A DNA stretch of 62,289 bases, the filler included, from an uncultured Methanosarcinales archaeon (GTDB lineage: Archaea > Nanobdellota > Nanobdellia > Woesearchaeales > CAYSVS01): assembly GCA_964589485.1 (NCBI GenBank). It is 2 parts of 2 records of this genome, joined end to end, with 100 filler letters (N's around TTAATTAATTAA, not from the genome) between each part and the next. Parts side by side here need not be neighbours in the genome. Positions count along the whole stretch, not along the records: positions 1 to 31,350 come from CAZPRK010000012.1; 1 more part is not named here. One strand, 5' to 3'. The notes below the pieces were generated by a model. The model saw nothing but the letters and a program-made list of their open reading frames with translations. It was not told where the DNA came from and made no database searches. The first letter of the stretch is position 1. Each line of letters opens with the position of its first letter. Positions 19,395 to 28,440 of the stretch are shown here, piece after piece. The translations under genes and the position numbers were made by a program.

Positions 19395-21408
19395 GGTTTA
19401 GATAGAGTTTATTAGTTTTCCAATTATTAAAAAAAGCTTTATCTTTAGAATTTAATACTGTTGCAATAAATGCACCATCTTTGAAAAATGAAGAGATGTT
19501 TTGTAAATTTAAATATTCACCACTTTTTTCAAAAACATTTTTTACAAAGTGAAATGCTCCTAACTTTTTGTTGAATCTTTCAAGAAAAGAACCATTATCT
19601 TCATCATAAATTTCTTTTAAATGTTTAGTCATTATTTCCAAGTCTGATTCATCAATTTGCGAAGATTTAACCTTCCAATCTGTTTCGAAACGGGCATCTT
19701 CCCTTTCTATCATTTTAGCAACATCTTCTCCATTCTTAAAAACACCTGAAATTTTAGTTAACGTTGGGTTAAAATCCTTATTCATACCATAGTTTAAGGA
19801 ATTAAAGAAAGTTATAGCTTGTTCATCATTTTTCACTTCATTTAGAGTTAATAAAAAACCATATTTTGAACCATATTTCTCAAAAAAAGTATCTGGGTTA
19901 GAATCATACTTTCTTTTTAAGAAATCAATTATTGTTTCTGTTGTATGAAAATTAGTTAGTAAAGTGTTTGGTTTCCATTCCAAATTAAACCTTGGTGAAA
20001 AAATGTCCAAATAATGCTGAATAACTTCAGGTTTGTTAAAAGACCTTAAAGCAAGTAAATATATTGTAAATTTTGTTTCTTCAAATAAGTCTTTAGCCAG
20101 AAAATAATTTCCAATTCTTTGTCCATATCTTTTAAAAAAAAAATCTTCATCTTCCGCAAATTTTGATTTGAGAAAGTTAACTATTTCAACTTTTTTATGA
20201 CTGGTTGTGCCCACCTCTCTAACTTTCCATTCTCTCTTAAATCTATTATCTTCGATAGAAAGATACTCTGTTAGTGCTTCTCCATGTATCAAAAAATTAT
20301 TTAAACTCATAAATCTTAAACCTAGAGGAAACCTAGTTGAAATATCCTCCAATACGTTATCAATACCTACTTTTGAACCATACCTTTCAAAAAATAACTC
20401 TTTATTTTCATGATATTTAATTCCTAAATAATTCATTAAAAATTTCATATTCCGAAGGTTGTTTAACGACTTTTTAACTTCGATGTGTGGTTCAATTTCC
20501 ACCAAGTTAACGCCCAATTCTTCTTTTAACACATCTGGGCTTTTTAAACTCAAATATAACTCATCCAGTTTTGCATCATTAACACCTAAACGTTGAGCTA
20601 AATCTTCACCTAAGTATAAGGTACCTAGAACTCCACCATATGTTTTAAGATATTCTTCTTTTCCTAGAAGCCATTTAGCTTTAATTAATTCTTTAACCTC
20701 TGTATTAATGAAATCAATAGTATAACAGTTGCTTAATAATTTCCTGTTCTTTCTAGCTTGAACTTCTTTTTCTAAAAGTTCCAATTCAGCTTGAGATAAT
20801 CTATCATCAAAGGTTTTTGTTGCTATATCATTAGCTGTTGGTTTCATATCACTTATAAATTGCTGCTCAATTACTAATGTATGACCATCAACCCTTGTCA
20901 TCATAGAAGGTGAAACTTTAACCTGATGAAGTAAATCACTAAGAGTAGTGTTTGAAGAATAAATATCATAAGTATGTGCGTAATCTAAAAAGTTTAAAGT
21001 TTCTTCAATTTGAGGTTTACTTTCTTTTCGTTCAATAGAAGCTTTTACTTTTGAAGTTACAAATTTATCTGCTAGTAGAGATAAAACACTTGAATGTACT
21101 TTTAAAGTATGACCTTCTCTTTCAGATGTATTTTCATTCAAGACTTTGACCAAATCTCTTAAAGAATGCCCTCTTTCATACAATTTTAATTTATGAGCTA
21201 TTTCGATAATATCTAACTCTTCTTCTTGAACGTTACTATATAAATTATTTCGAATAGTTTCCAATGAGCTTTCTGGAATCATCCATGTATGTCCTTGAAT
21301 ACTTGAATTTTTATCATCAGAAATAACTTTAACTAAATCTCGCATATCTTTACCATTCTCATTTAATTCAAGTTTATGAGCAACTTCTAACAAAGTTAAT
21401 TCTGTCAT
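19348..21408 (-). CDS. N-terminal part of giant repeat protein (3 HTH-like repeats plus 5 repeats); frameshifted relative to 17250-19394
   Basis: same repeat family as downstream ORF; repeat register continues across the overlap. Confidence 0.75.
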   Translation of the reverse strand: MTELTLLEVAHKLELNENGKDMRDLVKVISDDKNSSIQGHTWMIPESSLETIRNNLYSNVQEEELDIIEIAHKLKLYERGHSLRDLVKVLNENTSEREGHTLKVHSSVLSLLADKFVTSKVKASIERKESKPQIEETLNFLDYAHTYDIYSSNTTLSDLLHQVKVSPSMMTRVDGHTLVIEQQFISDMKPTANDIATKTFDDRLSQAELELLEKEVQARKNRKLLSNCYTIDFINTEVKELIKAKWLLGKEEYLKTYGGVLGTLYLGEDLAQRLGVNDAKLDELYLSLKSPDVLKEELGVNLVEIEPHIEVKKSLNNLRNMKFLMNYLGIKYHENKELFFERYGSKVGIDNVLEDISTRFPLGLRFMSLNNFLIHGEALTEYLSIEDNRFKREWKVREVGTTSHKKVEIVNFLKSKFAEDEDFFFKRYGQRIGNYFLAKDLFEETKFTIYLLALRSFNKPEVIQHYLDIFSPRFNLEWKPNTLLTNFHTTETIIDFLKRKYDSNPDTFFEKYGSKYGFLLTLNEVKNDEQAITFFNSLNYGMNKDFNPTLTKISGVFKNGEDVAKMIEREDARFETDWKVKSSQIDESDLEIMTKHLKEIYDEDNGSFLERFNKKLGAFHFVKNVFEKSGEYLNLQNISSFFKDGAFIATVLNSKDKAFFNNWKTNKLYLNLERFKNTKFCNCCLF

Positions 21409-22088
21409 TTTTCATGTAACTTTTCAAATAAATATTTTTCAAACGTGTAAACTTTCAGATCCTGATTAAGTCCTTTATCAAAAACATTATAAGAATCTAC
21501 AAGTTCGCTTAAATTAATAGAAGATTTTTTTGGAATTATTGGAGCAAACAACCTGATTAATTCTTTTTTAGCAGCTTTTCTAACTTTAGGATCATAACTA
21601 GTTAAAAGCCTACCAAATTGAAATTGTAGATACTCACCAGAATCTCTTTCATGTGTTTTTAAATCAAAAATACTATGATATTTGGAACTTTGTCCAATAT
21701 AATTTTTTAAACCCTGTTTATCCCAATCAATATACCTCCCAATTCTTTCATATACTCTATCTTGCTCACTTTTTGAAACATATAACTCAACCATTTTAGA
21801 TAGAGCTTCCAAATTAGAATTTTTGGATCTACGGTGTTTCATAGATGAAAAGGCTCGGCCTATAACTTTTTTATAGTTTATTTTATTATCATTAAAAAGA
21901 AAAGCTATTTTTCCTGACTTATAACTTTTCAACCCAACTAATGTTTTAATTAAAGTTGATTTACCACTTCCAGACCTACCAACTAACCCTAATATATCTC
22001 CGCTATTTAATTTAAAAGTAATATGACTTATTCTAAAGTTACTATAAGTACTAACAAGGTTATTTACCTTAAGACAAACATTATCCAT
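21405..22088 (-). pseudogene. chimeric ORF: truncated ABC ATPase N-terminus fused to a paralog of the sigma-like tail
   Basis: Walker A GRSGSGKST but no Q-loop, signature or Walker B; GRLLTSYDPKVR matches GRLLYSFDEKVR of 17250-19394. Confidence 0.65.
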
Positions 22089-22177
22089 ATTAAGATAATA
22101 ATTATATTATACTATTTATATATTTTTAGATTATTATTTCACAAACTATATAAACCAGATTAACTATATTTCTCACA

Positions 22178-24787
22178 ATGTTCTACAAATTAAGCAAAAA
22201 AGAAACTTTGAATAAATTAGATACAAGTGAAAAAGGGTTAGATAATAAAGAAGTTGAAAAAAGAAAAAAATTCTATGGAGAAAATAAATTAAAAAAAGCT
22301 AAATCAATTTCTCCATTAAAAATATTTATTGCGCAGTTTAATAGTTTTCTTGTATATATATTAATTACGGCAGTAGTTCTTTCTACATTTCTTAAAGAAT
22401 ACATTGATGCAGCAGTAATATTTTTTATATTAATAGTAAATGCAATAATGGGGTTTGTTCAAGAATATAATGCAGAAAAGTCAATGGAAGCGTTAAAAAA
22501 ATTAACTAACTTAAAAGCTAAAGTTCTTAGAAATAATAAAGAAATTGAAATAGATTCAAAAGAAATAGTCCCTGGAGATATAATTTTTCTTGAAGAAGGA
22601 AGTAAAGTTCCTGCAGACGCTAGAATTATAGAAAACATCGGATTACAAGCCGAAGAAGCCTCACTTACTGGTGAAAGTACACCTGTAAATAAACATGATG
22701 AAATAATCAATAAAGAAGTTTCTTTATCTGATCAAAAAAATATGGTTTTTTCTTCAACTATTATTACTAAAGGAAAAGGTATTGCAATTGTAACTTCTAC
22801 AGGAATGAGAACAGAAATTGGAAAAATAGCTAAATTAATCGAACAAAGTGAAGAGAGTTTAACACCTTTACAAGTTAAATTAAAAAATTTAGGAGAATTA
22901 TTAGGAATATTTGTAATATTTGTTTGTATTGCAGTTTTTATAGCAGGGGCATTAAAAACAGGTGAATATGCAAAAATGTTTATTGCGGCAATTGCATTAG
23001 CAGTAGCAGCAATCCCTGAAGGCTTACCGGCAGTTGTTACAATTAGTTTATCTATAGGAGTACAAAAAATGATTAAAAATAATGTTTTAATCAGGAAACT
23101 TCCTAGCGTTGAAACCTTAGGTTCTACTACTGTTATTTGTAGCGATAAAACAGGAACATTAACAAAAAATCAAATGACTGTTACGCAATTATATGTAAAC
23201 CATGAATTTGTTAATGTAAGTGGAACTGGTTATAGTTTTAAAGGAGGATTTTCAAAAGCAATAAATAAGATTTCTTTATTATTACAAACTGGTGCATTAT
23301 GTAATAATGCTAAAGTAAACAATTCTAAAATTATAGGTGACCCTACTGAAGCTAGTTTAATAGTTAGTGCAGCTAAAGCAAAATTAAATAACTTAGATAA
23401 AAAATGTCCAAAAGTTAATGAAATCCCTTTTGATTCTAATAGAAAATTAATGACCACAATACATAAACAAGGAAATTCATTTGTAGCATATAGTAAAGGT
23501 GCACCTGATAAAATTATTGAAAAATGTAATAAAATTATCGAAAATGGAAAAGTAAGAAAAATAACTATTAAAGATAAAAATAAAATTCTAAAAGCAAATT
23601 CAGACTTTGCAAATAAAGCATTAAGAGTATTAGGGTTTGCATTTAAAAAAACTAAATCTAAGAATACAAAAGAAACAGATCTTATATTTATAGGATTACA
23701 AGCAATGAGAGATCCTCCAAGGAATAAAGTTAAAGATGATATTTTAAAATGTAAAGAAGCAGGAATTAGAGTTGTCATGATAACAGGGGACCATGAATTA
23801 ACCGCAAAAGCTATTGCAAAAGATTTAGGAATTATAGGAAAAACAATAGATAGTAAAGATTTGAAAAAAATTAATTTACTCGAAGAAGTTGAACATATTT
23901 CAGTTTATGCAAGAGCAACACCTGAAGATAAAATGAAAATTACTGAAGCTTTAAAGAAAAAAGGACATGTAGTAGCAATGACAGGAGATGGTGTTAACGA
24001 CGCTCCAGCTCTTAAACATGCAGACATTGGAATTGCAATGGGTATTACTGGAACAGATGTAGCTAAAGAGTCAAGTGATATGATTTTAACAGATGATAAT
24101 TTTTCAAGTATTGTTAGAGCTATTGAAGAAGGTAGACATATTTATAATAACATAAAAAAATTTGTAATGTATCTTATGAGTTCTAATATAGGTGAAGTAT
24201 TTACTATATTTACCGCCATAATTATAGGAATGCCAATGCCTCTTTTAGCCATACAAATTCTTTGGATAAATCTAATTACAGACGGATTACCAGCATTAGC
24301 ATTAAGTTTAGAACCTACTGATAAGAATATAATGAAAGAAAAGCCGAGAAATAAGACTGAGAATATAATAACAAAAAATAGTTTCTTATTTATGCTTTCA
24401 ATTGGCCTTGTAATGATGATAACTACTCTTATTGTTTTTAACCAATACATTAGTATTAATTTAATTTACGCTCAAACAATAGGCTTTACTACATTAATGC
24501 TACTTCAAATGTATAATGTAATTAATAGTAGAAGTGGAATGAGCAGTGCATTTAGCGGAATGTTCACAAATAAATGGCTAATACTAGCAATAATGAGTTC
24601 CATACTATTACAAATAATAGTAATTTATACACCACTTAGTTTAATATTTCATACAACTACAGCTACAAGTTTAGCAGAATGGTCATTTACTAACCCTATA
24701 ATGAATTTAAAGGATTGGATTATAGTATTAATAGCTTCCTCGAGTGTGTTAATATTTAGTGAAATTGTTAAGCTATTTAAAATGTAA
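22178..24787 (+). CDS. P-type ATPase, Ca2+-transporting type (P2A)
   Basis: TGES, PEGL, DKTGT, KGAP, TGDGVNDAPAL, WINLITDGLPA. Confidence 0.95.
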   Translation: MFYKLSKKETLNKLDTSEKGLDNKEVEKRKKFYGENKLKKAKSISPLKIFIAQFNSFLVYILITAVVLSTFLKEYIDAAVIFFILIVNAIMGFVQEYNAEKSMEALKKLTNLKAKVLRNNKEIEIDSKEIVPGDIIFLEEGSKVPADARIIENIGLQAEEASLTGESTPVNKHDEIINKEVSLSDQKNMVFSSTIITKGKGIAIVTSTGMRTEIGKIAKLIEQSEESLTPLQVKLKNLGELLGIFVIFVCIAVFIAGALKTGEYAKMFIAAIALAVAAIPEGLPAVVTISLSIGVQKMIKNNVLIRKLPSVETLGSTTVICSDKTGTLTKNQMTVTQLYVNHEFVNVSGTGYSFKGGFSKAINKISLLLQTGALCNNAKVNNSKIIGDPTEASLIVSAAKAKLNNLDKKCPKVNEIPFDSNRKLMTTIHKQGNSFVAYSKGAPDKIIEKCNKIIENGKVRKITIKDKNKILKANSDFANKALRVLGFAFKKTKSKNTKETDLIFIGLQAMRDPPRNKVKDDILKCKEAGIRVVMITGDHELTAKAIAKDLGIIGKTIDSKDLKKINLLEEVEHISVYARATPEDKMKITEALKKKGHVVAMTGDGVNDAPALKHADIGIAMGITGTDVAKESSDMILTDDNFSSIVRAIEEGRHIYNNIKKFVMYLMSSNIGEVFTIFTAIIIGMPMPLLAIQILWINLITDGLPALALSLEPTDKNIMKEKPRNKTENIITKNSFLFMLSIGLVMMITTLIVFNQYISINLIYAQTIGFTTLMLLQMYNVINSRSGMSSAFSGMFTNKWLILAIMSSILLQIIVIYTPLSLIFHTTTATSLAEWSFTNPIMNLKDWIIVLIASSSVLIFSEIVKLFKM

Positions 24788-24850
24788 AGACAAAAGATTT
24801 ATAAACGAATTTAACTTAATACATATCATTAAAATTAAGAGGTGAAATAA

Positions 24851-25324
24851 ATGAAAATGAAAAATTTATTAGCAATTTTCATGGTTATATTCTTGGTTGG
24901 TTGTGCTACACAAGTAGAAGAACCAGAAAATAAAGAAATGGAAACTCCTGAACCTACAACAGAAGTAATTGAGGAAGCTCCGCCAGAAGAAGCATCAAAC
25001 GAAAATGAAGAAATTAATGTTGGAGTAGAAATAAAACCTGAAGAACCTGCAGCAGAAGCAGATGTTCAACTAACTTCAAAAGGTTTTGATCCAGCTGAGT
25101 TAACAGTCTCTGCACCAGCTACAGTTATGGTGAAAATAATGAGTGGTAAAAAACACACCATTAGCCAAGTAGGTGGAAAATTTAGAAGCGCAGGATTAAC
25201 TGATGGTCAATCTGCAGAACTTGTAATTGAAGAAGCAGGAACTTTTACATACTTTGATGTACTAAGTAAAAAGAAGTTGATAATTACTGCTGAAGCAACT
25301 TCAGAAGAACCTGCAGCAGAATAA
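24851..25324 (+). CDS. lipoprotein with acidic linker and cupredoxin-like domain
   Basis: LVGC lipobox-like signal; GFDPAELTV, HTI, AGTFTYFD pattern. Confidence 0.7.
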   Translation: MKMKNLLAIFMVIFLVGCATQVEEPENKEMETPEPTTEVIEEAPPEEASNENEEINVGVEIKPEEPAAEADVQLTSKGFDPAELTVSAPATVMVKIMSGKKHTISQVGGKFRSAGLTDGQSAELVIEEAGTFTYFDVLSKKKLIITAEATSEEPAAE

Positions 25325-25338
25325 CTTTTTATTTTTTT

Positions 25339-26538
25339 TTATTTTTTAAATAAAGGAACACCATATTCTCCATCAAAACCTGGACTAATTTCAATCTTTC
25401 CTTCTCTATAATCAACAATTGCATTTGCAATTTCTTGTGAAGTTACTTTACTTAACTCTTCCCTAGAAATAGACATTAAAATATTAAATTCATTATTAAA
25501 ACTTAAAATTAACTTATTATATTCTTCCCAAACAGTTTTTGTTGATACAGCTCTTCCAACAATTGAACTAATAATATCAGACAAGGGTAAAAAACTTCTA
25601 TATGGAACTGCATTTCTTGGTTTAAATCCGATTGGTCTGTCTGCTAGTTGTTCTACCCTATACTCTACGCCAATTGTTAATGCTTTCTTACAAACAGGAC
25701 AAACTCCATTTAGTTTCATAGTTTCGCTTGGCTTTAAACAGACATTACATTTTCTATGTCCATCATAATGATACTTCCCATATGCAGGATCAACTTCAAT
25801 TGTTTCTTTAAACCCTTTCCTGGTTTTAATAATATTAAGAATATTATCATAAGTAATTTCTTTCATTTCAAAAACATTAGCTTCCCTTCCCATTCTCCAA
25901 GGCCAAAAACTATGTAAATCCGAATTACTCAATAAAGTAATCTTATCTAAAGCACTAACACGCCAATTCATTGCAGGGTCACTACTTAACCCTGTTTCAA
26001 TTGCATGAATATGTTTAGTTTGATCACCGTAACATTCCTTTAAACTATCAAACCCAGATTTTGACCCAAACACACTAAACCAAGGAGTCCATGCATGTGC
26101 AGGAATTACTTCAATATCTTTATCAATTGCCTTAAGTAACTCAACAAAATCTATACAACTCATTCCAAAGATAGGTCTTCCATCATAATCAACTCTTCCT
26201 ATTTTTAATAAAGCTTCAGTTATTTGTTCTACTACTTCAAAATTCTTAGCAAGAACTAAATTATGAACCCTTCTTCCCTTTCCATCTTGTGAATAAATTA
26301 AACTTATTTCTGTTTGTAAAATAAAAGGAAAATTAGTTTTAGTTCTTAATATTCCAGTACCATCTTCAGTTAAATTTTCTTTCAAATGTTTAATCCATTT
26401 AGGATGCGTAAAATCACCAGTTCCTAATAAATTAACACCTTTCATTCTAGCATATTTTTCTAAATTGTCAATAGTTAAATCTTTAGAAGTGGCTTGACTA
26501 TGTCTTCCATGAATATGAAAATCTGCTATAACTTGCAT
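25339..26538 (-). CDS. endonuclease Q family protein (PHP domain, Zn finger)
   Basis: ADFHIH, GTGDFTHP, PAHAWTPW, ETGLSSD, SNSDLHS, GKYHYDGHRKC, PGFDGEYG. Confidence 0.92.
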   Translation of the reverse strand: MQVIADFHIHGRHSQATSKDLTIDNLEKYARMKGVNLLGTGDFTHPKWIKHLKENLTEDGTGILRTKTNFPFILQTEISLIYSQDGKGRRVHNLVLAKNFEVVEQITEALLKIGRVDYDGRPIFGMSCIDFVELLKAIDKDIEVIPAHAWTPWFSVFGSKSGFDSLKECYGDQTKHIHAIETGLSSDPAMNWRVSALDKITLLSNSDLHSFWPWRMGREANVFEMKEITYDNILNIIKTRKGFKETIEVDPAYGKYHYDGHRKCNVCLKPSETMKLNGVCPVCKKALTIGVEYRVEQLADRPIGFKPRNAVPYRSFLPLSDIISSIVGRAVSTKTVWEEYNKLILSFNNEFNILMSISREELSKVTSQEIANAIVDYREGKIEISPGFDGEYGVPLFKK

Positions 26539-26586
26539 GAAAAAAATAATTTAAAATGATTTATAATATTTTATATTGTATAGAAT

Positions 26587-27009
26587 TTACTTAACCTTTA
26601 ATTCATTAACATCAAAATGTCTTTTAAGAATTGTTTCACTTGTTCTTAAATTTGAAGCATTTCTTCCAATTAAATAACCCCGAGTTTTATTATCAACTCC
26701 AGTTATGGTTAAAATTTTATCTTCTTCGTTAAACTCAATTTCACTTAATTTTGAAGGAAATACAATATTTCGTATAAACTCAGACATATTTTCATTAAAC
26801 TCTACAATTTTAATTTTCTTTTTTAGTTTATTTTCTAAAAGTTTAACATTAGAAAGATTTTTACCAAGAGCTTTACCAATTTGACCATTTGCAACTATAA
26901 AACAAAATTTATCTTCAAGGTCAAAAAAGTCTTTAACATCACATCTAGTTATAGATTGAAAAAGGCTCATAAATTTAATTGAAGTAAAATCAAATTTTAT
27001 TTTAGCCAA
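26587..27009 (-). CDS. nusA: archaeal NusA
   Basis: two KH motifs (GKALGKN, GYLIGRN); position after rpl30e. Confidence 0.92.
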   Translation of the reverse strand: MAKIKFDFTSIKFMSLFQSITRCDVKDFFDLEDKFCFIVANGQIGKALGKNLSNVKLLENKLKKKIKIVEFNENMSEFIRNIVFPSKLSEIEFNEEDKILTITGVDNKTRGYLIGRNASNLRTSETILKRHFDVNELKVK

Positions 27010-27011
27010 AC

Positions 27012-27296
27012 TTAAGCACCTATGCCTAAAACAGAAATAAAATGTTGTCTTTTACAAAAAACTCCAATCTCTTCATTAGAATATCCTATTTGAACCAAAT
27101 CAACTTTTGCTAATTTACAATACTTTTGTAAAATTTGCAATTTTTTATCTGGACAATTACTTGCGTAAAAAACTTTTTTAACTTTATTTTGTTTTATGGC
27201 CTTAAGAGTTGCTTCTGATCCGATAATTATTTTTTTATCTTTTATCGCAACTTTTATTTCTTTAACACTTTCGCCTAATTCTTGTTTTCTTGCCAT
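27012..27296 (-). CDS. rpl30e: 50S ribosomal protein L30e
   Basis: IIGSEATLKAI, ASNCP, EIGVFCKRQHFISVLGI; operon position. Confidence 0.9.
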   Translation of the reverse strand: MARKQELGESVKEIKVAIKDKKIIIGSEATLKAIKQNKVKKVFYASNCPDKKLQILQKYCKLAKVDLVQIGYSNEEIGVFCKRQHFISVLGIGA

Positions 27297-27307
27297 TTTT
27301 TTAATTC

Positions 27308-28429
27308 CTACTTAATTTTTGTAATCAATCCTGGTAGGCCTGTTCCTACAGGGACTGTTTGATTTAACATTACATTCTCAACTACTGAATCTAAAAGATC
27401 AACTTCACCTAATAAAGCCGCATTAATGATATGTTTAATTGGAGTTTCAAAAGATGCTCTTGCCAATACTGAGCTTTTATCACTAACTACACCATATCTA
27501 GTAATTCCTTTTACAACACCTGTAAAACACATTGTATCTGAAACTAACATAATATGCCTTATGTCTACATTTAAACCTTGAGTTTCTATAACTTTAAAAA
27601 CTTCATTTATAATTGCGTTTCTAGCAGCTTCAACACCCAAAACTTCAAAAACTTCATATACATCGTTACTTATAGTTCTAGTACTATCTACAAAATCTAA
27701 TGCATAAACTTCCTTTAAATTACTACCTGCAGTAATAATAATATATTCATCATCTCTCTTAACAGGAAGAACTTGCGTTACACCTTTAATACCAGCAACA
27801 TATATTTGTTTTAATGTTTCTTTTAATTTATAAATTTCATTAAGATGTTCTTCTTTTCCTTTTGGTTTTACTGTAAGTAAACCATTCTTTAATTTAACAT
27901 TAAAAGTTTTTAATGATTTTGTTAAAATTGCCAATAAACTATCTTCATTAAGTCCAACTAACTTAAGTTTATCATTATTAATTGTTACTTCAATTGAAGA
28001 ACTTGCAACATTAATACTAAACTCTTTTGCTACTTCTTTTAAAGTTGTTTCCTTAATTTTATAAGCTAATTTTTTAATATCTTTTCCTGATGAATATGGT
28101 TTTTTCAAATAAATTTCCATCATTGGAGTTTTTATTGTTTTTCTTCCATCTAAAATTTCAATAATTCTAGGTAAACCCATTGTAACATTCATTTCTGCAA
28201 CTCCTGCAAAGTGGAATGTATTTAAAGTCATTTGAGTTCCTGGTTCACCTATAGATTCTGCTCCAACTAACCCAACACTTTCACCAGGTTCAGCAAGAGA
28301 TGTTTTATATTCTTCATATGCTGTCTTTAAAACTTTCTTTAACTTACTTTTAGGACATTTTTCCTCTATCTCTTCTAAAATAGATAAAGGAAGTTTATCT
28401 TGATATTCTTTAATTAAATCTTCAGACAT
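27308..28429 (-). CDS. rpoA2: RNA polymerase subunit A''
   Basis: [34 protein letters not shown]. Confidence 0.97.
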   Translation of the reverse strand: MSEDLIKEYQDKLPLSILEEIEEKCPKSKLKKVLKTAYEEYKTSLAEPGESVGLVGAESIGEPGTQMTLNTFHFAGVAEMNVTMGLPRIIEILDGRKTIKTPMMEIYLKKPYSSGKDIKKLAYKIKETTLKEVAKEFSINVASSSIEVTINNDKLKLVGLNEDSLLAILTKSLKTFNVKLKNGLLTVKPKGKEEHLNEIYKLKETLKQIYVAGIKGVTQVLPVKRDDEYIIITAGSNLKEVYALDFVDSTRTISNDVYEVFEVLGVEAARNAIINEVFKVIETQGLNVDIRHIMLVSDTMCFTGVVKGITRYGVVSDKSSVLARASFETPIKHIINAALLGEVDLLDSVVENVMLNQTVPVGTGLPGLITKIK

Positions 28430-28440
28430 ATTTAGTTCAC

